From: Takakia lepidozioides
Lineage: Eukaryota > Plantae > Bryophyta
Length of the DNA stretch: 64,000 bases
NCBI GenBank assembly: GCA_030704615.1
Contig: CM060731.1
Span: 87,048,001-87,112,000 of the forward strand
Direction: 5' to 3'
Of the stretch, positions 13,101 to 26,838 are shown in pieces; within the stretch, counting starts at the first letter, position 1, and every line of letters begins with the position of its first letter. The notes below the pieces were generated by a model, which was not told the DNA's origin, searched no databases, and worked only from the letters and a program-made list of their open reading frames with translations. The position numbers and the translations under genes are program-made.

Positions 13101-16100
13101 TCAAAAGGCTGGATATCAATTTTCTCCAACTCGGACATCAAATGGTATTGTCAGATTTGTCTTCCCCTTCCTTTCCTCATTTTTGTTTTAGTTCCCATAT
13201 CCCACTCTGACCTGTACACCATATTCATCACGAGCCTCTTGTGCCTCTTCCAGCGCCTCTCGCAATTGCTCAATGTCATGATGGGCCACTTTGAGCTGCT
13301 TGCCACGCTCATGTAAACGGTCAGCATAGTGGTTCTCCAGACTTTTTAGCTGACACTGCAAGAACGAGCTTTCGTTCACCAGCCACTGTGCCAGCTTCTT
13401 CCTCTTGTTCTGACATTTGGTCAGTTTGTCTTTTAGTTTTCCAATCTCCTCGTGTCTCACCTGGACCACCCATGTTTCAGATAATGTCTCTCTCTCTCTC
13501 ACACACACAAAAGCAGGGTTCAAGCACTACCTCAAGGGACTTTACAATGCACACCAGGATAGTTCAATCTAAGATTGCATTGCCTATTAGTATCTGTGAA
13601 TCCACACCACTGCAAACAAGGGAATCATGCTTCCGTGACTGGAAGTTCAGTTTTTTCTTCTTTTTTTTTTTGGTCTTTCTTTCTTTTCTCTTTCAGTTTG
13701 TTAAGAAAGGGCTTGGGCAGTTGAGCCCTTTGATTCACCTTCTGAATTTGCTCTCTTTCACATGCTACTTCCACACATGCCCTGGGAATACCAGCCCCAC
13801 GAATGCAGGTCCTCTGCTCTGCTGCATCAGCCTTTCCCTGTGAATGCCCAACTTCAAGATTCAACTTCAACCTTCAAAGCATTCAGCTGACGAGTGGAGA
13901 GCTGCTCAGGATAACTGCTCATATACAATATAAATAGTGGGGTCATGGGGCATTTTTGAGATTCCAGACAAATTCTGGATGTGGTGTAGCTTTGGACTCA
14001 ACTCCCTTACCTCTCCAGGTTGGAGCTGACCACTGAGGAGATTAACCCTTGTTTGCAGCACTTCCACCTCGTCAAGTGCTCCTTCTGCAACACCAACTTT
14101 GCTGAGTAAGACAAATACAATGCATCAGCCAATCCTCCTTCAGGTAATATGACTGGCACAATGTAGAAGAGAAAACTGCGACCCAGATACTAGCCACACA
14201 TGCCTGGAAACACGACGTAGGCTACGGCAAACAATGTCTCTCTCTCTCTCTCAGTGTGCAAACAACGCCTTATAAGTACATTCTCTCTCTCTCTCTCTCC
14301 TCTCCGTCCTTAAGCTCCCGACGAGATGAATTCAAGGTCAGATGGTGGGGTCAGCTGCAACATATGCCCAACACCAGATATCCTAAGTTAATTGACTCTA
14401 TATCTTGGAAACAGGACCGCCCTGTCAAACAGGCTAAGTCCTGGCAGAAGAGAGTAGAAGAGATCCTCAAGGACCTGGACCTGGATCCGCAAGTCTTGAC
14501 CCTGCTGGATAAATCTGACTTAGAGGCTGTAGTGTCCTCAGCCATGTCTGTTGCCATGAGATTGTCTGATGAAAATGAAGTTAGGCAGAAAACTTCCCTG
14601 AACTTGTTTCCAGTCTGTGACATGGGGGAGGACATCTTGGATGACCTCAAGGGTCTACCCACTCTCGGCACTAGACTGAAATTTAAACTCAGGGCAGGAA
14701 GCCTACCTTTGAACAGCAAACAGAAGCAGAGAGGAAAGGGAGAGTGCAATTGCCAGTTGTGTGGGCAATCTGAAGACAGTATTCATTTTCTGATACACTG
14801 TCCGGGGTTCTCTCACCAAAGAGACGCTCTCTTCAAATCTATTAAGGGAATGTGCCTGTACCCCTGTTTACCAACTTTGAAAGTCTCGAGGCTGAGCCAA
14901 AAGCCCAGGCCCTCCTGAGGCCTAGTTTTTGGGCAAATCACACACAGCAGATTGATGCTTGTGTGAAGGGATTTCTAGAGGATATCTGGAAAACCCGGAT
15001 TAATTCTTTATATGGAGGTAAGTCTTACTACCAACGTCAGCCCCTGACAGAGGTAGGTTCTGTCCCTTTTGGTCCCGCTCAAACTGGGCGCGGGGTCAAT
15101 GGCCACAAGGCTACGGCAAACAACGTCTTATGAGTACAATCTCTCTCTCAGATGGATACCCAAAAAAACACAAACACACTTCTCACCAACCTAGTTTTAG
15201 TTGGGCAAGAAAGTCCTCTTGCTGCTGCAAGGCAAGGGAAACATTGAGCTTCGCAATCTCATATGTTTGTGCAACTGCATCGCATGTGTAAGTCCTCATA
15301 GCCTACAAAATATCTTTCAATTAGAATCCCACAACAGCACCCAGATATTGCTGCAAAAATAGGGGCAGCACAAAACTTTCGGTGTAAGAGCTTTCTATGT
15401 TTTGCCAGTCATTTCCATCCTTCAATGCTGCAGGACAGGGTTGGACTGAAAGGGGAGCAAGTTGAAAACACCGATATTGCAAAGAGAACAACTTCCATTT
15501 GGGACTTGAATATTAGGGGCACAACGACGTTGTATACACATGCTTGACATCCTTCCACAGTGGTTGTGGCTCAAACAGCCCCAACCTCATCAGAAGGAAT
15601 TCCTCCAAGCAAGCCCAATTAATTCAATTCCAAACTCTTACAGAAATATTGCAGTCAGCAGGTGTCATAGCTGTTGTGTGGTTACTACAGCGCCCTTTAG
15701 TATTAGACTTGGATTTCGTGAAAACAGGCATAGTGACGAGAAGGGGTGTAGACGATGTGGGGAGGGGTGTTTGAAGACGACCCTTGGGATGGGTGTTATT
15801 TATCACAAGGTTGTTTCTGTGACTATGGTAAAAGGGAGGACTGTGAGCAAGAGTTGCCTTAACCCTGAAGCCAAATTAATACGAGTAAAACCTCCTTGGT
15901 GAGGAAGAGTCGCTGCCACACTCAAAAACAGAAAATCGAGAGTTCCATTGAGCAATATAGCTCTTACCGTAGAGAAGTCTTGATCGAGCTGCCTCTTGTC
16001 GAGATCCCATAAATTCAAGTGGATCTCGAGCTTTTGCTGCAGGATACCCTTCTCTGCCTGTAAAAATCCTCTCTGTGAGTTGCAGTCTAGCTCCCCTCTC

Positions 16101-16820
16101 ATGCCTTCATCCATTGATTTCTGCCAAAGGTGCCCATGGCAAGCTGTTAGCAAGAGGGACCCACGCCACAGTTTGGGCTTCTACACCCACAAGAATTAAG
16201 CTCAATCGTGGATAGGCACTGACCAGGACTTGCTTCACCTGAGCGCCTATACGCATCTGACTTATGCCAATTTCCGAAAGAATATACAGCACCAGGGAGC
16301 AAAGAATGCATCGGCTTTTTCACCTTACTTGACATATAGCTGCTCTATGTGCAACTGTTGTGTGTAGTTCAGTGTTTCTCTCTGCAGTGAATAAGCCCAT
16401 AACTAACCGGGTGGCCAGTCCTCCAGGGTGTACTTACATTTCGGGTATACACAAATTCAGAAAAAGATATAGTGATTCGTTAGATGCCGCCTGCCCAAAC
16501 CATCATGAAGCTCTGATGGGAAAAACTGATTGGTCACAAGCTGGTTTGCTAGCGACAGTCAGAAATCGCACACGTGGAGCTCGCTCACTTAGTAGAAGTC
16601 TATGCGCTAGTTCCTGTACCGCCTCCCAAAACCATCTTGAAGCATAAGTACAGAATGGCTTTTATCAAGCTCCCGTAGACACAGCCATACCCTTCGTTCT
16701 TGCAATCTATCTGTCCTCCTCTTTCTACCTCTCCCCGCCTTCGCCGAAGATGGACACGGAGATTCGTTCGAACGAATATCAAGATAGACATCAGGTTTGG
16801 ACAAAAGGGCCAACGTCTCA
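7190..16820 (-). CDS. Multi-exon host gene encoding a long coiled-coil protein (boundaries approximate, possibly decayed)
   Basis: In-frame GT-AG exons 13212-13460 (83 codons), 12659-12955 (99 codons) and ~9587-9874 encode E/K/L/Q-rich heptads; further probable exons near 9060-9135, 14010-14100, 15190-15300, 16240-16325. Confidence 0.6.
10341..10850 (+). mobile_element. 5'-truncated, internally deleted LINE 3' end (TC-tailed family)
   Basis: Matches 14670-15148 (AAATTTAAACTCAGGG.., CAGCAGATTGATGCTTGTGTGAAGGG, GGCCACAAGGCTAC tail). Confidence 0.75.
14218..15148 (+). mobile_element. LINE ORF2 C-terminus (CCHC/zf-RVT-like finger) and 3' end with (TC)n tail
   Basis: RLKFKLRAGSLPL...CQLCGQSEDSIHFLIHCP; frameshifted ORFs 14256-14918 and 14852-15133, stop followed by GTACAATCTCTCTCTC. 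Confidence 0.85.
15480..16200 (-). mobile_element. Highly decayed LINE RT-like fragment
   Basis: INLASGLRQ resembles the RT GxRQG motif; many stops. Confidence 0.3.
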
Positions 16821-17099
16821 AGTTAGGGCGCGTCGATAGAGTTTCATGGTTGCCCGCCTACTACATACATGCATGCCATGACCACATGCACATGCTTGAT
16901 GTAGCATAGATATGATCTCATTGCATGATTTTTTTTTTTTTTTTTTTTTTTTTGAGAACAGGGTTTATTGCCCTGATTAATTCTAGCGATGAGCAAAGGT
17001 CGGAAGCTAGTTTAGCATAGAGCAGGTATAGGGTGCCATAGTGCCACATCATCATCACCACGTTTTGTAGCCACCTGTTGTCGCCACCTATCATCGTCA

Positions 17100-18608
17100 A
17101 TTTCTTTGGAATCTGCCCGGGCTGCCCGAAAATAACCGGAAAATACCCCGGAGAGGTGTGCGCGGGGAAGGGTTGACGGTCCTTGAGCGCGAAGGGGTTT
17201 CACACAGCGATCTCAGAGGGAGGGCATGCAAACTATGGGCCGTAAGTGCCAGGTGGGCCTATAGCCACTCGAGACGACGAAGTCCATCTCCCCTTCGATG
17301 TAACTGCGGCGCCGAATTTCCATCCGGGGGGATGGACTTCGGTGGCAGATGGCCGACTGTTCCCCATGGATGAGAAAGAGTAAGCGGTTCATCCGCCGCT
17401 GGCATGATGAACACGTTACACGATGATTGGTGGGTAGGTGGGACCCAGTTCCTCCATTATTAGAGCCCGCAGTGCTCTTCCGCTTCTCATCATTTGGAAA
17501 ATCAAAGGGCTTCGTTGCTGTCTGCAAGGTCATTGTCATCGACAACAAACATGTCCTCAGGGCTTCTTTTGCAATGATGTCGTGCTTGCGGAACCATGAT
17601 GACCGCCCTTATGGAGGCTTCGATTATGCAATGTATTCGGCCACATCGGGAGATATCGTTATCTAGCACACAGTTTCCACAGAAGATAGTGGGGCGAATG
17701 TAGAAACATTGTCAACTTTTGAGTATATCCCAGGCCACTACGCCTTCGAGCGGGGTGACGATCTTGGTCTGAGGAGTCCGTGGCTCCTGCACATCCTTGA
17801 TTCCGATTTTTCCAGCTACGGCGTGCACACATGCAAAAGAATGTGCACTTGCTATGCTGTTGCGGTGGAACTGCTACCAGTGGACGTGGGTGGACTCCAT
17901 TGGAGAGACGTATACTCCTGACGGAGTGCGCTCCTCTTCTCCATTGTATGGCGACATTTGCATTGGTGTGGAGGACAAAAAAGTGAAGCTTTCCATATTC
18001 GATGGTGGTATGATTGAAGGGCATGACATTGTGGTGAACATCAACAGGGGCGGTACAACGGCTGCAATCCAGTTTACCTGGAGGAGCCCGATGACTCATG
18101 AGCTAGTTTTCATAGCAGTCGAAGTTCCGTTGACAACGTGACTTGTATTCAGAAGGCAGAAGGCTATAGATTTGTTTGCACCATCAACATAGTAGACATG
18201 CTTCAAATGCAATTCATGTGGATCAATAAAAACCCCATTGTGCCCTCTTTTTTGTTCTATTCTGTATCCATCGTTCCCACAATGCATCATTCCTCATTTC
18301 GTTTCGGATTGAGAGTGGGGGTGGATTTTAGAAGTGGCTGGTAGGCTGTAATGGGCGCCCATTGTACAGAGCAGTACCACCCTACCATTCGCAAAACATT
18401 GTCTTTCAATATGTAATTCTAAAAAACATTGCCCAACCTCCTTCATCGAGAGGTCCTTGTCCCCCTATGACCGTGACACCCTCAACCCTATGACCGTGGA
18501 CAATCATTTCCGGAAAAAAAATTCCTGCTTATGTTTTTTTCGATACTTTACGACTCTGCTCATGGCTCATGCCGCTCATGGCTCATGGCTCATGAAATAG
18601 CAGCCCCC
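17100..18608. mobile_element. MULE fragment C: GGGGGCTG-type terminus (inverted) with internal sequence
   Basis: (GCTCATG)n-GCTCATGAAATAGCAGCCCCC ends at 18608; the family palindrome GGCGCCGAATTTCCATCC occurs at ~17308; left boundary unresolved. Confidence 0.7.
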
Positions 18609-18736
18609 CTATTCAGTCCACATGTACATAAGTATGTTTAGATCACATATGCAAAGTTGCAACCCACACGAGCAACAAGAAAAATATTTACATCAATCGA
18701 TTAATCGGATGTATACAAAATACATCATGAGAATAT

Positions 18737-19713
18737 CTACAATGCCCCTCTACGCGATCCCTGTCTCAAAGGAACCCTATTTCTATCATACACATCCCAC
18801 TCACGCTGTAATCGGAGGTCCCAATCATCCCGAGAGAACTCGTATGATGCAAATAGCTTGCTGCCAGCCCTAATAGTCCTACTAGCACATGTCATCACAA
18901 ACATGTGCATCCCCTCACAGTATACCGACGTATGACCACAAAAGCTCTCATGCCCATCGCTTCGCTCGTCCCATACTACATTGGTTCTCCTAGGATGACC
19001 AAAAGAACTGTTGACCAGCCTAACAACATTGCCGAAGATATTGGGGTCACCATCACAAAATTTGATCGCAATGGGAGACAACCCCCGTCTACGTACATCC
19101 TGTCCGTTGACACACAAAATATAGGGTAGGATGTATGGGGCTTCAAGGCATAATGTACGGAACTCCCCGGAGGTGTAGTATGGACCGTAGTAGGGAAACA
19201 AGTCCACCATGTTGTTTCTCCGAGGAGGAACCACAATATCATTGATCGTGAATAAACCCCGACCCATAGCAGGGTCTGTAGCGGCTCTCACAACATACCG
19301 TCTCCCCCAATACTCGAACTCCACATTCTCTTGGATGGGGGTGGGAGGGTCAAGAGATTCCCCCAACAGCGAGGCTGGACGGTCCTCAGTAACATAGTCC
19401 TATGCGCTTCCCATCGAGGGCGAGGATCCGGCTCAGGCCGCCCAAGCCGAAGGGGAGGAAACCTAGGGCAAAGTCGACCCCTCCTAGGGGTTCGGGGGGC
19501 ACATACACGTGGAGGTGGAGGTGGAGGTGGAGGTGGTGGCGGAGGAGATGAAAGTGGAGGTGGTTGAGGATGTAATGTCGGAGGTGCAGCCGGGGGTACA
19601 ACGTCCGGATCAGGTACTACCGGAGGTGGATCAGGCAAAGAAACAGACGGGGGGGGGGGGGGGGGCACAATCGGCCTACAAGCTGCTACTGCATGTACGG
19701 TGCGGAGAATCAT
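18737..19713 (-). CDS. Proline-rich region plus C-terminal SET-domain protein (frameshift near 19370)
   Basis: SET motifs GRGLFTINDI, FPYYG, GNVVRLVNSS, ASRTIRAGSKLFASY in ORF 18737-19366; upstream poly-Pro ORF 19288-19713. Confidence 0.75.
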
Positions 19714-20149
19714 CAGATGAGGACACTGGATTAGGGGGACCGCCTGAGGAAACTGGGGGGGGGGGCTACTCGTCGTCGGCCATAACGCCTACGACACTTA
19801 CGATACCCCTCGACCCTACGCATCTCATCTACGTGTGTCGAGCGGCTTTTATTCACCCATCCCTTAGCTATCCGAGGTGGAAACTCCAAGATAGAAGCGT
19901 TGGAAATCTCTAAGTACTCAGCCCGCTCAGAACAATCAGTCAAGACCTACAACTAGTGTATCATGGGGGTGCTTCCTATTTGTATTCCTTCTTGCATTCA
20001 TGTTAGCAAGTTACCTTACTGTCTAGCATTAAGTATCAGATTGCTTCTGCAATCTACCATGTTCCATCTACTCAGCTTCACTCATATCTCTCTACACGGT
20101 GTGAGTATGAAATATGAATCATATTAATATCTATCATGTATCAGGCCGA

Positions 20150-20650
20150 AGCCATGGTGTCTCTAATCTGCTCTACAGTGCATCTCTACAGCTTGCATGT
20201 ATCAAGCATCATCTCGTCGTATCTCCTCCTCTGTGTAAACTCCATCCCTGTGCTCCCAGATCATGCTCTCCACCGTGATGCCAGAAACATGTCGAAGCCA
20301 TGATCTCCCCCGTGACATCCAAGAAGTGCTCTAAGAAGTGACGTCCAAGAAGTGATCTCAGAAGTGACCCTCTCCATGTCGCTACTCTGCCTATTCTACC
20401 TGCAAGCTGTTCTAACCGCGTATGATTTTTGTCACCAATGTACATGGCCACAGTTCGTAAATGCACCATACAGAAACCCCAGTAGATACTCACATCCCTC
20501 CCCCTTCCTAATATTCTCTCAAACTTCTTAGCTGGAATGAGCTCTGACCATGCATGCAGCTCAAGAACACAGAATCGTGAACACATCCAGTCAAGCCATG
20601 TGGTGCACACCCCAAAGATTACAGCCTTGTGCTAACCCCAAACCCTCATG
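20150..20650 (-). pseudogene. Possible decayed plant-mobile-domain (PMD)-like coding sequence
   Basis: Weak resemblance in shifted frames (GVSVWCIYELWP; GITVESMIWE); same strand as, and upstream of, the SET ORF. Confidence 0.25.
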
Positions 20651-21854
20651 CATACCGATCGTTTATGTTCACAGACTACGATTCACCATGAAGTGCCTCT
20701 GACCTATCGTGCACTCTGAGAGAATGCCCTTGCCCTTCTTAGACCCCTTACTTTTGGAATGCAATGCCCATTATCCCACTCTTGGCACTACCATCGCCCA
20801 ATCTATGCTGCCATTATACCCTACACTATGTTGACAATGCACCCAAGAGCCACTAATTTCACAAGGTTCAGAGATCCCAACACTTCATTATGGCAAGGCC
20901 TGAAACTATAACAAAGCTGAGACACCCTTATGATGCATCCAGGTCATGCAAATCTGCAACAGAGGATTATAACGAGCAGCTGAAAACCCCCAAGTGTTAC
21001 TAATGCACCCTCCCAATGCAGTAGTCATTTTTTGATTCTCCCTTAGCACTAATGCATGCTGCTACAGTTAGCAACGATTGTAAGAAGAGAATAGAGCCTA
21101 CACAAACATGTCAGCATAAAAAATTGGTGTTAGTGTTTCTATGGCACATCACTGGAGTATTGCACACTCTCTTTCAGATACACTGCTCATCACCAGGGCT
21201 TCACAGCCTTTAACCTCCAACATCACTACTTCACCTTCCATTACCATCACCAAATCAGAGTTTACAAGCACAAGATGCTCACTCCATCTATTCTATGCCT
21301 TCCCTACCCACAGCTACCTCTCTCCCTCATCCCTCTCTCTACTTGCCTCCATACTCCAAACAAGAAAAAGAGCCAGTCCAGCTTCGCCCGCCCGGCCTAT
21401 ATCCATCTCTTTGCTCGTCTCCCGCCATCCACCACCACCAGCGTCGCCTGACAATCCTTCCCCCCACGTTGAAGCTCTAGTTTCCAAATAAAGCTCGTAC
21501 AATAAACACTCCACTACCCCAGCCAAAAACGCCCATCCTCACATCTACTGAGAATCCCAAACCATTGAGCAGATTCGCTTGCATCAAATCGCGAGTTGGT
21601 TGTTTGTCCGCACCTCCATTACAACACCGCTTACATCAGCTACCCCACAGCTAGCAACGCACCTTCCTGAAACTATAGGGATCAACAATGAATGTACCCG
21701 CCATTCATCATTGAGGGATCGCTAACTTCATCCCTGGGCTTTAGCAGAAATTCACACACATAGTGTATCACCTCAAAAATCTTACCTTTGGGAATTAGCT
21801 TAAAAATTTCAAGCTTCAAACCAAAAATAAATTGAACCACGATTTCGCCTTACA

Positions 21855-22345
21855 GCTCTTTGGTGAGAGAACCCCGGACATCAGAAAATGAATATTGTCT
21901 TCAGGCTGCCCACACAATGGGCAATTGCACTCTCCCTTTCCTCTCTGCTTTTGTTTACTGTTCAAAGGTAGGCTTCCTGCCCTAAGTTTAAATTTCAGTC
22001 TGGTGCCAAGAGTGGGATAGACCCTTGAGCACATCCACGATGTCCTCCCCCATGTCACATATTGGAAACAGGTTCAGGGAAGTTTTCTTCCTAACTTCAT
22101 TTTCATCGGACAATTTTCTGGTAACAGACATAGCTTTGGACACAACACTCTCTAAGTCAGATTTATCCAGCAAGCTCAAGACTTGCGGGTCCAGAGTCAG
22201 ATCCTTGAGAATCTCTTCTTCTCTCTTCTGCCAGGGCTTAGCCTGTTTGACAGGGCGGTCATGTTTCCAAGATATAGAGTCGATTAACTTAGGATATCTG
22301 GTGTTGGACATATGTTGCAGCTGAACCCACAATCTGACCTTGAAT
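21855..22345 (-). mobile_element. LINE ORF2 fragment, same family as 14330-14830
   Basis: Near-identical peptides (TRYPKLIDSISWK, RLKFKLRAGSLPLNSKQKQRGKGECNC). Confidence 0.9.
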
Positions 22346-22464
22346 TTATCTGTGCCACCTCTGTCAGTTCCCTCTGTCAATGTGCTTGCACGCTCACCCC
22401 CCACGCTTCTTGTCAGACGCCACAATTATTGGTTTGCGCAGCGCATCTGCACTGGTCATATACC

Positions 22465-25400
22465 TTCTGACTGCATACCGTTGGCAGTTATTGTGCAAAG
22501 GCCAGGGGCCGCATTCTGGAGACAAGGTTCATTAACATTCTGACAGTGGATTTTTGGGAGAGTGGGCTCCCCGGATTCGTGAATAGGCTTCGTTGCTCGG
22601 AAAAATCGGCCCTGCATTTCTTCCCCTCGCTGCATCCCCCTTCTCCCAGGGCACTTGCCCGAACGCCATCCTCGCAGTCTTGTGTGCACATCTCCCATGG
22701 CAGAAAACCTGAGTGCTATAGTGTACTGCCCTCCTCACGAGCATAGAGCTACCTTTCCGTGCAGAGGGGACATCTGCTGTGTGATGGAGAGATATCTCTG
22801 CGTTCGATACCACCTGAAACCGGGGTCGGTATTTTTGGAGGAGGAAAAGAATGATTCAAACGGAGTTGTAGTCGAAAGTATTGTTGTGCTCCATGATGAT
22901 TTTGGCGACGACAGGGAATGGCGAGTTCCACCATCGGACAGCGTCATATACAGGGCTGTTGGGGACTTCATTTGCCACCAAATGCACCTTCTATCCTGGC
23001 GCCTTCTACGAAACAATCCGCGAATCAAAGAGTGGGTACCTCAAAGAGAGAAGTCCGCAACGAAGTAAATCTAGAGCCGACCCCATCAATGAAGATGAGC
23101 AAGAACCGGGTTGTTCACAACCTGTCCAACTCAGACGAGGTCATGGAAGTTCCAAGATCATCATGGAGATCAGGCAAGTCCTCAATGGACATCACGGACG
23201 AGGGAGTCATATTCCCAGCACGAGCTCAGCAATTCGATCCATTCTTGAAATTCTGCGAGGGCTTCACATGGAGGGACACCGCTCGGAGCTGGCTGGGCTG
23301 GACTACAGCAAGTTCGCAATTAAATCCGTTACATGCCTTCCCACAGACGTCGACGATAATATCTTCTTTGAGTTCCCTCCTCAAACGGACTATTCCAGGG
23401 CGTCCGGAATGTTGACAGATATGGATAGGAAACATGACGGTCATCCTTGGTGCGTCACCAAAACCACTAGCATGAAGATGCTCGATGGTGTGCGGGTGCG
23501 CTATGTTGTTTGTGCGGGCACGTTGCGGTGTTTCTCTCCAACTTGCTTCCACTTTAAATCCAGAGGTCACAGGAACGAGACGGATTGGACAGGCACAACT
23601 CATCAACCATTTCGAGCTCAGGAGAAGGTTCCAAACTCCACATTTAAGTGTGTGCATTGCAAAGAACCACCACATTGCATGTCTGTTTGTAATGCCAAGC
23701 AGTTCTATGTGTTGCACCGTTTCCCTAACCTCACACGAGCTTGCATACACGTTGGTTCCCATTGTCACAAATTGGCGAGGGGGAACTCGCGGAGGCTGCC
23801 CACGAGGCAGAGCAGCTCGTGGAGGAGGAGGTTAAATTGAGACCTGGTGCCAAACCCAAACAGATACAGCTGCAGGTCGCCCATAAGATGGCATTGGCCA
23901 GAATTATGTCGGAAGACGGCTCCGACAGAGTTCCTCTCGATGAGAAGGAAATGGAGGCATTGCTGGAGTCCGTGTCCCACGTCTGTTCACCGAATGTCCG
24001 AAACCACATTGTCTCCTGCAAATAGAGAATTGGGCGTGGCTCGGATATGCACTCCATTCTGGAGGTGAAGCGACGATATGGATATAATTACATTCATGGA
24101 AGTAGGTTTCCAGGACAACGCACTGAGGCAGATCGTTGTTTCGTATTCAAAATGTCCACGTGTGGGCCTGGCAGCGGCGTTGAACTGGTCCACCGGATGA
24201 TGAGTGGGGACTTGTCAAACAGTTGGGTCATGTTCGACCATATTAAGCGAATTACAAATCACCAGTGGGTGACAATGGGTGCATATGTCTACGACACCCA
24301 CTGCAGGATGCTAATGACAATTGCTATTTGTGAGATGAAAAGAGAGGACACACAATCGGAGATGCTTCTTTGGCAGGGAATAAACGTTTAGATGGCCAGG
24401 GCAGGATTGCCCCCTCCCAATTTCCGAGGTTTCATGGCAGACAACGCACAAGCAAATTGGGCTGCCATCCGAAGGGTGTACGGGGAAGACCCCAATGTTC
24501 CCATGAAAGGCAAGGAGAGATCTTGTGGGTTCCATTTTCTGCAGAGCTTGTCGCAGTACACAACCAGGCTCGTGGCGCTAGATTTCAGAGAGGAGCACCG
24601 TTCCATGTGTCTTGCGTGGAAGCGTGCTCCCACCTTGCGTGATGCAAAGACACAGTTTGCATGTATACGGGCTTGGTGGACAACGTCAGGTGCTGTAAAG
24701 AAATCAGAACGAATTCGCGTCCCGTTGAATATTATGCTACTCATTATTTGTAACTTGCTTGTAACCTCAACATGTGCATGTGTAGGAAATGTGTCTCGAC
24801 TCCGACACCGACATGCCGACAACAAACATGGCCGAATCAGTACATTCTTCCTGGTGTGCCTCCTCTGCGGCGCATCTGGTGGACATCCTCACTGCCACAA
24901 CGGAGGGCATTGTGAGGTCAATTATGCAGCAATGTAGGTACAACGAGTTCTTGAAAGGGAAACAGTGGGGCTTGGGGCCGGACAAGCAGGAAATGTTGAT
25001 GCGGACTGCCTCCAGATCGAAGAATCCTCGGAAGTGGGCGGCAGCCTTGCGAGAGGGCCTTCGGGACACGCCATTGCTTCGAAGAGACCAACACTTGGAA
25101 GGAGATGTTCACACCCGTCCAGTGAGACAAAGACTTGACGAGGCACCTAGCGGAGAAGAGGATTCATGGCAAGCTGACAAGAATATTCGCACGCTCCCTC
25201 GTGGTCCCGTGATGTTGCCCGAGGAGGTCTTGTTGAGCACCGCAAGTCCTGCACGTTCAAGATCGTCATCTCCTTTGAGCACATGGCACGTGCCCGAGGA
25301 ACATAACGAGCCATTTGTAGTAACGCAGTACAACATACCCATTGTGGAGACAAGAGTGTGGAAGTCACAGTGGAGAATTGCAAGGACATTGCCTGCATTT

Positions 25401-26838
25401 CGAGGGAAGTGCTACACCATCCGGGTGGATACGAGAGCACGCTGTCGTGAGATGATTCGGAGGAACCCACACGGTGCTGTACCTGCACCTTGTTTCAGCG
25501 ACAGATTTTTGACTCCCACATTTGCTCACGCCACAACGCAGACGTTTTGGTTCTGTAGGCACTACATAATGACCTGTGTATTTGGCAAGCCCAAGTACGG
25601 GATTCAGGGAATGCCGGAGCCTCTGAGCGTCTAGCCTGTTGCACTGGGTTGCAACCTCTCTCAGAATGAGGCGGATGCTCTTTCTGCAGCAGGATTTTGA
25701 ATGGTGCAACGCATAGACGTCCCGGCCCACGCATTTCCAGTTCCTCAGACCCAACCATTGCAGACTGTTCGGTCCAGTAGAGACGGATTGGACAATTCTG
25801 CACATCCCACAATGCGATTCGGAAGAGTGAAGAGACGACACCCTCCCAACAAGTTGAATGAGACTCGGATTGCCAATGCTCTTGGGATGGCTTGCACTAT
25901 TCAGAGCTCTGTGGATGTACCCCCACCCGGCCTTGGGCGTGTTTATCGGACTTGCAATTGTACGAACTTCTCGTTGATGGAAGCAAAGAAGGGTTCAAAG
26001 TATTATCCGTGCAAGCATCTGTATTACAATTACCTGAAGAGGTTGAGGATGAACTTGACTATTGATGACTTTATTCATGCACCAGCGTTGAACGTGAACG
26101 AGCTGCACGAACTCCTCCGCCGGGATTCCAGAAATCATTGATGGGGCAAAGGGAATCCACCATATGGATATTTTCAATTGCATTTTGATGCATTAGACTT
26201 TGTTTTGCAGTGTAATGAAATGCCCAAAACTCCTGGAAAGAGACAGACAATATTCCATAAAACTGAGTTCCAACAGTAGCAGTTGTGGGGTCATTTCTGG
26301 AAAAATGGCGCCAAATTTCCCTATTTTGGGCCGAAAACTGGCTAAGTCCCAACATGCACGGGAACGATGTCTGGAAAAATGGCGCCAAATTTCCAGTTAC
26401 ATGGCCCAGAACTGCCCAACATCTGTGCAATCCCCGGCACCATGTACCGAAATTCGGCGCCACATTTCCAAATTTTGGGCTTACACACCTGCCATGTTGG
26501 GACCTATAGCCGCGAAATTCGGCACCATCTTTCGCCGGAGACACCTATTACCACGAAATACGTCGCAGATTTTTCCGGTTGCGGAACCTATTACCGCGAA
26601 ATTCGGCGCCATTTTTGCAGATGTTGCTCGGAATTCGCATGAGCGGAAGACAAAATATCATGAGCGCGGCTCTCAAAACTACAATTTCTACTTCAAACAA
26701 TGAATATTATATTGGTTTTTTCTGACACATTTCATTAAAATAATGTTTTTTATTTCCTGAATTAGTACTTCTGCTCATGAAAACCGAGTGTCTTGCTACT
26801 CCGCTCATGCCGTTCATGCTCATGAAATAGCTAACCTC
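22465..26838 (+). mobile_element. MULE copy B (subfamily 1), 5'-truncated, intact right terminus
   Basis: Homology to 43780 onward starts at ~22465; ends GCTCATGAAATAGCTAACCTC at 26838, abutting CACTA TnpD. Confidence 0.85.
22697..26141 (+). pseudogene. Mutator-like transposase: WRKY/GCM-like Zn domain, DDE core, SWIM finger (stops/frameshifts)
   Basis: DGHPW..CAGTLRC..C..CVHC..C..HVGSHCH; VMFDH, FMADN, CGFH, TTNMAES; CNC..CKH; intron remnant near 24750-24786. Confidence 0.85.
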
